From NCBI GenBank assembly GCA_052426225.1, contig JBNJNM010000011.1, forward strand, positions 1 to 64,000: DNA of 64,000 nucleotides. The letters run 5' to 3'. Below, piece after piece: positions 12,101 through 22,605 of this stretch. Position 1 is the stretch's first letter. The number at the start of each line of letters is the position of its first letter. Source of the stretch: Zancudomyces culisetae HAW-14-8. Its lineage: Eukaryota > Fungi > Kickxellomycota. A program made the position numbers and the translations under genes. Under the pieces are notes generated by a model. The model did not search any database, had not been told where the DNA came from, and saw only the letters and a program-made list of their open reading frames with translations.

Positions 12101-12500
12101 TCGTAAAAACATCAAGACTATGAGACCATCTAATAAATTGGATAATCAAAGAATAGGTCCGTTTCAAATCACGGAACAAATAAACAAAGTGGCTTACAGA
12201 TTAAAACTATCAGATGACATGAGAATCCATGATGTATTCCATGTATCACTCCTTGAGCCATATCATGCACCAATAATCAATGGACAAATAAAGCCAAGAC
12301 CTGAACCCATCATCTTAGATAATACTGAAGAATGGGAAGTAGAAGAAATTCTAGATGCCAAGAAAGCAAATAACAGAGCTTACTATCTCGTCAAATGGAA
12401 AGGATTCTCAGACTGCGAAAACACTTGGGAACCAACAGAAAATCTTGAAAACTGTCAAAGACTAATAAAACAGTTTAATCAGAAATCCAAGAAACCCTAA
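8964..12500 (+). CDS. Pol of element B (PR-RT-RNase H-IN-chromodomain), in the -1 frame, probably made as a Gag-Pol fusion
   Basis: LVDTGASG, VYLDDIL, ETDASD, HHCC and DDE integrase, GPF module, chromodomain EWEVEEIL...YYLVKWKGF...TWEP. Confidence 0.97.
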   Translation: MWWFKPHCPELPQEEKTPRIFYESELRKSEEDPFPKQRLREIHYFQDQESNYYSSKKPENSSEIRGYLKDFHEPSPSMEFYTHYLNNTKFSNNFLINIKIKYKNKKIHTKALVDTGASGNFISKRLINNHRIMIQTLDKPIEIILANNKPASHGFITQATVPLEIMINKHISTTTFNVVPSLSYPVILGLPWLKQQQPIIDWVKLKLNFNLPESTTDNLTLSQITLSEKSFDPYDDSEDEDSFENHSKKLPMKYQDYSDVFSKKKADTLPELRPYDCEIPLKDPEAKIPFKPLYNLSGPELKTLDEYIKENLKKGFIRRSHSTAGAPIFFIKKKDGGLRPCIDYRDLNELTVKDRYPLPLISELLDHLNDARIFTKIDLRGAYNLVRMKPGEEWKTAFRSRYGHFEYLVMPFGLTNAPAVFQAMVNDIFRDMLDISVIVYLDDILIFSENQESHNIHVKEVLERLRTHGLYAKLEKCQFDQTSVEFLGYIISDTGISMSPEKVQTILSWQTPTHVKGVMSFLGFANFYRKFIKDYSKIVRPLTNLTKKDIPFDWTPECQDAFEFLKKTVTSAPILAHPDPSLPFHLETDASDYAIGAVLNQPVSKTDSTLHPVAFYSRKLLDAEINYDIHDKELLAIVNALKHWRHYLCGAIHPINVFSDHRNLTFFRTKRILKQRHARWANTLSEFDFKLCYKPGALNPVADALSRRTDLLPETGGEYTNPQKYEATILPASKWINAAKTQTPQVKLITSDKEKLEIIQSRHDALTAGHLGQQKTFALIAKDYYWKGMRQYINNYIKGCDICQRNKIHRHKPYGLLNPLEIPQKPWSKISMDFIVKLPSSNGYDSILVIVCRFTKQAHFIPCNETIDAAGTAKLFINNIFKLHGLPIDITSDRGSQFRSKFWKEIMNLLKVKVNLSSAYHPQSNGQTERVNQTLEQYLRNYSNYNQDNWSTLLPFAEFAYNNAVSSSTKMSPFYANYGYNPKADFLNTKENISSNPAVTSYLKVIQESCEEIKSTLNQSQDNSVKQSNRKRINIKYKVNDLVWLDRKNIKTMRPSNKLDNQRIGPFQITEQINKVAYRLKLSDDMRIHDVFHVSLLEPYHAPIINGQIKPRPEPIILDNTEEWEVEEILDAKKANNRAYYLVKWKGFSDCENTWEPTENLENCQRLIKQFNQKSKKP
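9129..9187 (+). promoter_or_regulatory. -1 programmed ribosomal frameshift signal (A_AAA_AAC plus H-type pseudoknot)
   Basis: Slippery heptamer in the gag frame; stem 1 TCCTCAGA 9144-9151 / TCTGAAGGA 9164-9172; stem 2 GAGGGT 9157-9162 / ACCCTC 9182-9187. Confidence 0.8.
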
Positions 12501-12550
12501 ACATGATAAGCTATCGATCTCGCGGAGCTTGATCATAAAGATGGGGGTGA

Positions 12551-13403
12551 TGTTAGGAATGGCAATATATTCCAAAAAATGGATCTTTGTTGGAATCGAT
12601 CCTAAAATGTTAGGAATGGCAAATTCCCGGAACATAAATTTTAGTTTACATTTTTATTCTATAAAAAATTAAACTATTTTATTATTTCACTTACGACATT
12701 CAAATAAGCCATTCCGACATTGGAATCATGTATGCAAAATTCACCATGAAATCACAGTATTTATTATTGGGAAAATTGACAAAGAAAATTAAAGAAAATT
12801 TTCAATAATTAAATTTATAAAATTCATGTTAAAATCGATATACAAAATCATAGGCAAAATCGATATACAATATCGTAGGCAAAATCGATATACAAAATCA
12901 TAGGCAAAATCGATATACAATATCGTAGGCAAAATAGATAACCAAAAACCATGATAAAATTGGATAACCAAAAACCATGATAAAATTCGATAAACATAAT
13001 ACATGTTAAAATTGGATAACCAAAAACCATGATAAAATTCGATAAACAAAATACATGTTAAAATCGATAAACAAAATACATGTTAAAATCGATAAAGTAA
13101 TCTCATGAATAAATCAAACAAGAAGTTTGATAAACTCAATTTTGATAGTTACTTTAAATTAGTTCATTTTTACATAGTAAAATTTTAAAACTAAAAAATT
13201 ATTATCACTAAGTTTTTTCATAGCAAATTTCTCTGATGAAAAAAATATATAAACCCTTCGAAATTCCGTTGGGATACATGAGAGAAAAATATATCATTAA
13301 CTCATCTAATAATATATTTTTCTAAATAACTACTTCTTCCTAATAAATAATAATACTGAATATTAATCACAGCATAGTTATAAGCAGCTCATTGTTTATA
13401 ACA
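12551..13403 (+). repeat. 3' LTR of element B
   Basis: Copy of 7154-8006. Confidence 0.97.
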
Positions 13404-13404
13404 A

Positions 13405-13767
13405 TTGACAATAGTTATAAAAATAAGCAAAGTAACATACGAACTTCAACTTTCTACGACTATGAAATTACATCTTGTCTTTCACGTTTTCCTTCTAGAA
13501 CCAGTAACTAACAACACTATTGAAGACCGAATTCAGGAAGCTCCATTACCGGTACTAGTTGATGGAATATCAGAATACAAAGTCGAACAAATATTAGACA
13601 GTAATATTAAATATAATAAACTACAATATCTAGTAGACTGGAAAGGGTACGACGCAAGCAAAAGAACTTGGGAACCAGCCGAACATCTAACAAATACAAA
13701 AGAACTTGTGGAAAAGTACCATAATGAAAACCCGAATAAACCAATGTCGCTCAGAGATCGACACTAA
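13405..13767 (+). pseudogene. pol of element A, 3' part (IN C-terminus and chromodomain)
   Basis: Continues LGPL across the B TSD; HLVFHV, EYKVEQILD...YLVDWKGY...TWEP. Confidence 0.92.
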
Positions 13768-13779
13768 GAGAGGGAATAC

Positions 13780-14113
13780 TATCATAAACTAATATTAAAC
13801 AGTTTAAATTTAAATCAACAAACAATATCAAATATGATTTGGATGAATCAGAAATATGATTTTAAACATGTTTAATATTGAAACTAGCACAAAACACAAC
13901 TTTTCTTTAAATAGTTCATTAATTTTAACTACTTTCTATTTATGCAACATTTTAGTCTTTAATAATAAATTATTATATTACATTCAAAAAGTTTAAATAG
14001 CATTCTTTATTCCTTCAGAAAAACTTATCGACAACAAGTGTCACAATTATTATATATTTTATAGTAGTACTTAATAATTACCAAATTACACCAAAATAAA
14101 CAAGTTCATGACA
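13780..14113 (+). repeat. 3' LTR of element A
   Basis: TATCAT (TG mutated)...ATGACA, follows the PPT, followed by TSD CTGAT. Confidence 0.93.
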
Positions 14114-15722
14114 CTGATAAACATTAAAAGTAAAGAACTCTATACAAACTTCACTTTAGATTTAAAATCATTGCTTCTAATACTTCACTTGCTGATACAA
14201 TTACAAAATTTGAAGCTGACCTCCTCAATATCTTTTATATTTAACTTCAAATTTTTAAGATTAATTTCAACTGAAGAAAACTAAAAAATCAGAAAATTGT
14301 TGATGCTAAGAAACTATAAAGAAACAAGAACTAGAACAAAACTTGTTGACCGTAGATACACAAGATAGTTTAAAAGGACAAAGATATGTATATTATGGCA
14401 ACAAATTGCGTCGAAACCATCAACCAACAAAACCAAAATATCACTAATATACTACAGTAGAAAAAACATTCTAGGAAAGAAAAAAACTACAAATCCAACA
14501 AAAGACATTTAATTAACAATAAATAAAGAGTAATTAACAACACAAATCTATTCAAAAGTTCTCATGGCGCCAAAGAAGGAACCACAACATAATATTCAAA
14601 AAAAAAAGTATAACACTGTTTTAACTTCAAATATCATTACCATCAACAATTACTAAGTAATTTTACCAAAAATACAACAAAGTCAACTAAAAATTATTCA
14701 GCTATATTTACTTTTGTTCACAACATGACTTCCAAATCTGATAGTAAACAGCTTATATTAAACAATTGAATTAAACACATACCTCAATTACTCAACAATG
14801 TAGTACATAACGTTGACCTTTCTTTTTATAATACCACTCTTCTTTTTACCAAAAGTTATATTATTCAAACAACGTTGATGACAAATTATAAAGAAATTAT
14901 ACTGAAATGCTTGAGTAAAAATTATTATATGCTATCACTCCTAAACTCACAGAGAAAACTAAATCTTTATACCAAAAGTTATCAATGATATCAACCATGA
15001 CGGAAGTATTAACATAATAAATTCAATATTCACATAGGCCCAGTAATCATGGATACACTAGATTATCACAAACAAGTATTGAAAATATTAAAAACACTAA
15101 CATTAATGACAAATTCGTGATATCTCAAATGACATCAATGATCAAGTATTTAATTTTACATCTAATAATCTAAACAACTACTACTCTACAATATATTATT
15201 CAAAAAGCAAACAAGTCTACAACATAAAGACAATAATATTTAATTACAGAATTTCTACATATTATTAAAACCATTAAAGATAATTGAATTTCGACCAATT
15301 ACATCTGCTACCAATTGGCTAACAACGAAGTTATATAAAACAATATCAATAGATTAATTGAATAAGAAAACCCAGTAAGCTAAAAAGTTACCTAGAATAG
15401 AGTAAACAACTTGCAAACAAAGTTATTCCAAAAACTACTTAATAGGATCACTCGATGTTGATATTTAATTCATATATTAGAATCAAAACTTTGTCAGTAC
15501 TATTCTAAATTGACCAAATCTCAATAACTAAATGATGCACATTACTATTAGTGAATCCAACTATATTATGTATAATAAAACTGTATTTAAATAAATATTA
15601 GGTATCGAAATGAGTTTATTGCAACAGACCTATGGGCTATACTTAACCTTCAACCTATTATAAAATTTTAAAAAATTTTGCCTTCATTAATTCAGTTAAA
15701 TTAACTATATATTCTAAAAAAC

Positions 15723-16456
15723 TGTTAAAAACTACGAGCTGCTTATAAATGTGACTATGGATTTGTTATTCTTATTATGTATTTATTAGAAGAAGCAGGT
15801 ATTTAGAAAAATTTATATTTAGATGAGTTAATAAATTTATATATTTCTCTGATGAATCCCAAAGGAAATTCCAATGGTTTCATAATTTTTTATCAGAATA
15901 TTTTACTATCAAGAAAAATTTAAAGACAATATAAAATAGCAAGAAAAATTTGATTATGTATGATCTAATTATATTAGGTATCTACTTATCTTTAAACTTA
16001 CCATTTTCATTTTTTGATTTTAACATGGATTTAGTTTATCGAAATAACATTGAATTTGTAAAAATTTTAACATTAATTTAATTATACATTGTGCATTGAT
16101 TTAGAATTATTTTTTACATTGATTTTGTTTATCGATTTTAGCATTGATTTTATTTATTGATTTTGACATAGATTATAATTATCAATTTAATCATGGATTT
16201 TAGTTATCCAATTCTCTATGGATTATGTCTATCCAGTTTTACCATGGTTAATTATAAATATAATCATTTAAAATTTCTTGAATTTATTTTGTAAATTTTC
16301 TATTTATAAATTTGATATTTGATGGTGTATTTTGCTAACATGATTTCAATGTCGGATGACATTTTCGAAACCGGATATGAAATAATACAATAGGTTAAAT
16401 TTTTCATTAGCCAAAATGTAACTATAATTATTAACGGGAATTGGCCATTTCTAACA
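15723..16456 (-). mobile_element. Old solo LTR related to family B, inserted in the PLE RT
   Basis: The reverse complement aligns with the B LTR from 7211 (TGTTAGAAATGGCCAATTCCCG...TATAAGCAGCTC...TAACA); flanks AAAAC/GTAAC give only a degenerate TSD. Confidence 0.88.
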
Positions 16457-18231
16457 GTAACTCACAAAGACAATTTATCCAAACTTATACACACCGCCAA
16501 CAACAGCATCCCTGGAATAAATATGACTCTCGCTATTAATTCAGCAGATACTGTAGACTTCCTTGATAATACTGTTTACTTTAATACTGAAATAAAAATC
16601 AGTCTCAATACGTATCTTAAACCACTTAATCTATACGGATAAATACCATTTATATCTAATCACAGCATTTCTACTAACAAAGCAGTTATATCTGGTGAAC
16701 TAAACTGATATTAAGACAATGCATAGATTTTAATGACTTTGTTGATATTCGATAATTATATAAAGAACGACTACTAGCACCATGATATAATATAAAATTC
16801 ATAAATGACATATTCATTAAAAACACATACGATGTTAGATAAATATTGCTAAAAACGACTAATAAACCTTCTAAAAACATTGTTCCATTAGTCATACTCT
16901 ACAACAAACATTCAAACTACCAATCATTACAAAGATTCATACAGGAACTCAACGCACCAAAACTGCTCTAAGTAAAAATTTAAGATTTATTATTGCTTGA
17001 AAAAATCACCGAATCTTGGAGATTACCTACTAAAATTTGGGCTAAATAAAGCTCAAGCCGAATATATCAAAGATAATTATAGGGCTGATTCAAACCCAGT
17101 CTCAATCCTATTCCTATAGATGCTCCAGCACGGAAAGTCGGTCTTCAAGGTAATTTTTCCAATGAATCGGAAGAACTTTAAATCAACCTCACAAACTCTG
17201 ATAAATAATTTTGGAAATTCAAATTACCAACCTAATCACAAATTTACTTAGCACTATTTTGATCAACCAAATTTTATTCTTGTATTTAAAAAATATTTTC
17301 AGATACCAAGATTGAAAAATTATGCTATTTATACCAAATACCATTTTTAGTGAAAATAATCATTATCGTTTCTAGAATTAATATTTATTCTTATAATTTT
17401 CACAAATACAGATCGATATCAAACTGCTGACTATGTAACTTTAATATTTTTAAATTATTTTAATAATAGTTTAATAGATATAGCTTTTCTACACCTATTA
17501 TTAGATAAATAATATATTAACTTTTTGAAGCAGCTTCGATAGATAAATATGTAACTACCAACGAAGAACAATACATGGTTATTCATATTTCTAAAGCATA
17601 AAGAATATAACTATTATAATCAGATACAACCCACAACATTAATTTATAGATAGAAAGTAGCAAAAAGCAAGAACATAATATAAAATATGCACATATTTAA
17701 ATATCAAATTCAATTATATTTACAAGTGACCGTTATGATAATACAATTACAATCTACAATCATAATTTGAGTTTATTAAAAAATATTTTACATTACTAAT
17801 TCATTAATTCTACTTTAGTAAACTTGATTCAATATAAATATTCTATTCAAATCATAAAATCAATAATTTTAATATATCACAACTGAAGAGGAACAATAAA
17901 TGTATTAGAAATGAAATCTGAGGTCCTTATTAATAAACCATAGTTTCATAATTCTTACTTTGCAACAACATAGGACTTTTAAGTCAATATATAACTTTGT
18001 ATATATAATGTGAGTTTCAAAAATGTCTCAAAATAATGATAATAATTTTCAAAGTGTAATATCTCGCTCAATAAAATCCAGAAATTAGATAATTTTATAT
18101 AATATAATGCACAATTGGTCTAATTTAATTTATATAATTAGTATTATTATTGGTTAAAAATTCATTATAAAATTATAAACTGAAAAAATTTTAAAAATGA
18201 GACAATTTTGGGAATTTTTCAAAAAAAAACT

Positions 18232-19265
18232 TTAAAATTCTGTCCACCTTCCTTTAGACTTGATAACTGCCTCAACACTTTTGGGCATACTATCTATAAG
18301 ACCAAGTATTGTTTCCACTGAAATTAAATTCCATTCCGTTTCTATTCGCTCCCATAATTCGATCATCCCGGACGGAGGTTTACTGTATCTATTTAGGCGT
18401 CTTTTGATGATTGCCCATATATTTTCGATTGGGTTTAAGTCTGGAGGTTGTGGCGGCCAGTCCAATGTATTATATTCCTGGTTTTCAAGCCAGCATGTAA
18501 CTAACTTTGAGGTATGTTTAGGATCATTGTCTTGTTGAAATATTATTGACTTGGGATCCAACTTGTAGTACTTTATTGTATTGCTAAGCTCGTCTTTTAA
18601 AATGTTTAAATAACCTTCCTTGTTTAACATTCCTACTATTCGGCACACGTAGCCAATTCCAAATGCTGTGATGCATCCCCAAATCATTAATGATCCTCCA
18701 CCGTGTTTTACGGTCTGGTTAATATTGTGCGGCTGTAGACTCACACCATCACGAACCCAAGTCCATTCATTTCCATCAGATCCAAATCAATTGATTTTAG
18801 TTTCGTCGGACCAAATTACTCGGCACCAATCATCAGTAGTCCAGTGGCGATGAGATTTTGCGAATCTCAACCTTTTTGCAATATTTTTAAGGCTCAGTTT
18901 CGGTTTGGAGGTTATTTTTTTGCAACAGCTATTAGTTCATTGATAGCCCTATGTATTGTAGCCTTACTAGCACTAACAATGTTATCCATTTCTAACTTCT
19001 TTTGATCGAAGTAGCAGATTGATACTCTCCAGATAATACCATTCTAGTACACATTCGCTTGTTTAGCGGTGAAAGCTTTGCTGGACGACATCCTGAGTTA
19101 GCCGTGATATTATTCCTCAATTAGCTTTAATTCTTGAAATCGATGACTTGCTGACTCCACATGATATTGAGTTCTGGCTATAAATTTTGCCCTCAAATAT
19201 AGCATTTTGGATTTTGCCATACTTCTGGCTAGATAACTTTTTGTCAGGACTTGACAACTGAGTGA
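18232..19265 (-). mobile_element. Tc1-family (DD34E) transposase pseudogene
   Basis: WSDETK, KHGGGSLMIWG, FQQDNDPKH...PDLNPIENIW with 34 residues between D and E; upstream HTH (GVSKSSISRI) with stops/frameshifts. TIRs not resolved. Confidence 0.92.
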
Positions 19266-20189
19266 TATTATTATTTAATTTATTGTCGAAAACTATAGTT
19301 AAAGAAGTAGTTATTTTATTGCTAAAGATCTTTACAATAAAATCACTAAGTATTTATAGTTTTAAAACTCACTTTAAATTCAAATATAATTTAACTACAA
19401 TAAATAACTAGGCATGAACAAACAGCAAAACTCGATATTAAATATAATTTAATAATGAGTTGGGGGTTGGGAAATTGAAAAAGAATGTGAACCAATTTTG
19501 ATTTACCCAAAATGTGGATAATTTCCATTTCTCAAAATGTGGTTAATTTTGATTTTACCCTAATTTAATTGTATTTTGGTTTTTTCCCAAAATGTCATGA
19601 TTGGATCATGACACTTTTTCATAATGTATTATTTTAAGATTGTACTTATATAATTTATTACAAATGTGTTCCAAGTTTTATATGAATTTAAAATTAATTT
19701 TAAAAGTCTTACAACCGTTTCAATGTTTAATTTTTATAATTTAATTTTCTCGCTGGTTTTTTAGCAAATCAAAATAAATAAATTGTTGTAAATGCGCTAC
19801 TATTATATAATTATAATGTAATAACTAAGAATCTATGTATAATATTGGTATTAAAATTTCAATAGAACATTCTTTATCAAACATTGAAACAGTTTGAGAC
19901 TTCTGTATAAAATTGACTAATAAAAAATTATATTTATAATATTATTTTAACATTCAAAAATATGAATTAAATTTCTGATAACTAAATGTCGGAAATATTA
20001 TGATCAAAATTTCAAGAGAAAAATCATAATTGAAATAATACCATAAAAAGAATTTATTAATATTAGTATGTATCAATCATCATAAAAGTCTAAATACGAG
20101 TATGAACAATGCGACCAAATATGGATGAAGAAATAAGTTAGCGATTAACCAAATTAAGCGTATAAGAAATAGGCATTTATTTTAATTAA

Positions 20190-20700
20190 ATAAATATTAT
20201 ATATATTGTTAAAATAACTCAAGTTGAGTTCTTTAGCTCTTTTAGTAGTTTAAAACGCAATAGTTCATGTGGTAATAAAGGCAATGAACAAGAAGAATTT
20301 TTAGTACAAGATTATTTAAAAGTCAATAAAATAATAAAATAGTGCTTCGGCTAAAAGTTTAAATAGTAAATAGTAAATGGTAAAAATTTAAAATTACAAA
20401 AATCTCAAGTCAGGTCTCATGCAGCAACTACATGCAGCCATCATCCAACAGTTCAAGGATGAGGGTCGTTACTCTCCGGACAGCGACCGTTCCGGAGCCA
20501 CCTCTATGGAGTTGGATCATACCGAGTCACATGATCCATTTGCTTTTGTTCAGGAGCATGCACAACTACAGTTCCTTAGCATGAGAAACCCGACCAAGGA
20601 ACGTGACCCGCCCGGTTTTGTCCAACAGAATACACACGACAGAAGCTACGTTACGAAATAACTATCCGCATAGTAAAATATACTCCCTCCTTTATTTCTT
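20190..20700 (+). repeat. Dispersed repeat, copy 1 (leader plus truncated ORF with KDEGRYSxDSDRSG); probable TE 5' relic
   Basis: Similar to 29560-30030 at DNA level (TTAGCTCTTTTA, TAGTGCTWCGGCTA, AAAATCTCAA...GTCAGGTCTYATGCA) and protein level. Confidence 0.75.
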
Positions 20701-22197
20701 GCTCTGTATAAAATTATCTTAGTCCAACTTAACTGCCTAAAAGGAATGAAATTCTAAAGGCTATAATTTTTGAAATTTTGTGATATGATTTTGGTTATGA
20801 AGATACTTATTCCTTCCCCCAATTAACGCGTGGAATATCTATATCATTTTCTGTTGGTGTTTTAATTTTGTGTTATTGTTCAACAGCCATTCTTTTGTGG
20901 AATATTCTGAACATACTTTTGAACTATAGTTGAAGCATATTTGATTCAGGCTTTGTGAAATACCAAATTCCTGCTTAAAATATGCAACAATTTAATGTGT
21001 ATTTTTTTTAACAGGCTTATTGTATATTACTGATATGTGTGTACTTTAGTATATTTAGTTAAGGTTTTTAATTTCGATTTACTTGCAAAAAGAAGTATAG
21101 CGGTTTACAATTCTAGTATGGTCTAATTCAAATATTTACAAAAAGCTTTGTTGCTATATACTACAATAAGCATAACTGAGAATTATTGACTTGGCATAAA
21201 AACACATCACATTTTAGCATTAAAGTTTTAAGTGTGTTATTGAGCGCAAATCAAATATTCAAATACTCAAACCGAAAAAAGAGAATTGATGATTGATGAT
21301 TGAATGTACATTAGTTCCATGACATTATTTTCACTATTTTTCATAGCATTACTTTAATTTTTCTCATTCTATCATTATACACAGCTATTCTATTTATGCT
21401 ACAACTATAGCCTGACTACATTTATTTTGAATGGATATCATGAATTTGTATAATTTACGTCTAGCCTACTTCACTTAGCTACAATAAGCTTATAAATTTG
21501 GTTGATCAAAAAAACTAAAAATGAATGAATGGTAGCTTATAATGCAACTTTACACAACTATTGTTCTAGTGTTTTTTGTATTGAATTTTTTGTTCTGGAG
21601 TGTGTGCTACTTTAGCTAAAGAGGATCTTTATTACTATTTTTATGAAACACCCTCAAATAGTTGAAATATGTACAGCAATGTTTTTTGCTTAAATTGAGC
21701 TGCACAGCAATCTGTTAATCAATTCTCAAAGTTTGATCTCCACTAAGTGCTAACTAACTACATGTCATAAACGATTTGTTACTATTTTTTCAATATGATA
21801 GCTCTTAAAACCTAACAGGTTAGTTTATCATAAAGTGATATAAATATATTAGAGTTGATAATCTAGTCATATGATATTCGTATAGCGACTTACACACTTG
21901 GAGTTATGCATCATATGCACTACATCCTTTTAAACTAGTAATTTCTCAACATTCGCCAAAGGTTGTATGACTGTTTTAAAACGCAGTAGATCATAATTTA
22001 TTATTTTGACAAAATTAACAAAATAGCTTTTAACTTTACTTTTACAACACTCGTCTCTACACATTATACTTTGATTTATACTCTAGACTTGTTCAAAACA
22101 AAAAAGTATATAAATCCAGCTGGTTTGGAGAATATTTTAAAAATTAAGAAGAATAACAATTCAAATATCTACCAGATTATAATTATTAACTGACAAA

Positions 22198-22605
22198 ATG
22201 AAGACCATTATAATCGGAACAGCAGCTTTGGGACTAACCTTTGCAAACAGCATGGGTGACTTGTCTTTACGCCAACACAATAGATACCCAATTGGACCAA
22301 ACAGACTTTGTTCTTGTCGAAATCGCAGCGCTAGAATGAAGGTCGAAGTGTTCAAAGAGAAAAATCTCCAAAGTCCAGGTGAAACCCTAAATATAAGACC
22401 AAACAGATGTGTTTCATTACCAAGTGCCCTATCACTTCGATTTGACGATGGACAACCAGGGCGCGGATGGGCTGCACTATGCCACAGTAATGACTGTAGT
22501 GGAAAGTGTACAACTATAAGTAGAAAAGCCTGGCTTTACCCATATGATGTGGAAGCTGACAATGTTGGAGGACCTGCAAACTCTATGATTTGGTTCCTAG
22601 CATAG
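22198..22605 (+). CDS. Small secreted Cys-rich protein, beta/gamma-crystallin-like family member 1
   Basis: Signal peptide; TATATAAA 22107-22114; motif C..S..G..CxxxDCxGxC..SxxW shared with three paralogues. Confidence 0.85.
   Translation: MKTIIIGTAALGLTFANSMGDLSLRQHNRYPIGPNRLCSCRNRSARMKVEVFKEKNLQSPGETLNIRPNRCVSLPSALSLRFDDGQPGRGWAALCHSNDCSGKCTTISRKAWLYPYDVEADNVGGPANSMIWFLA

Larger units (their letters stand above)
7154..13403 (+). mobile_element. Ty3/Gypsy chromovirus B, intact and recent, nested in the integrase GPY/F region of A
   Basis: Two 853-bp LTRs that look identical, perfect TSD ATTGA (7149-7153, 13404-13408), PPT AAAGATGGGGG before 12551, intact gag and pol. Confidence 0.98.
1936..14113 (+). 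mobile_element. Ty3/Gypsy chromovirus A (old, degenerate, interrupted by two insertions)
   Basis: LTRs 1936-2267 and 13780-14113; perfect TSD CTGAT (1931-1935, 14114-14118); PPT AAGAGAGGGAA before the 3' LTR; gag, PR (DSGA), RT (YLDD), RNase H, IN and chromodomain fragments. Confidence 0.95.
1687..17120 (+). mobile_element. Decayed Penelope-like retroelement (PLE), apparently endonuclease-less and telomere-fused, in three pieces: 1687-1935, 14119-15722, 16457-~17120
   Basis: Frame is continuous across the element-A TSD (NEKIQLI/NIKSKELYTNF). PLE RT motifs by manual translation: IGPVIMDTLDY ~15034, FRPITSATNW ~15289, GSLDV ~15445, NYIMYN..ILGIEM ~15559-15613, VDFLD ~16553, TYLKPLNL, SNHS..ISGEL, ERLL, PNLGDYLL ~17009. 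Many stops/frameshifts; no GIY-YIG seen. The 3' boundary is approximate. Confidence 0.8.

Noticed and set aside
7392-13049. Duplicated 86-aa and 60-aa minus-strand ORFs
   Set aside because: Translations of tandem repeats inside the two B LTRs.
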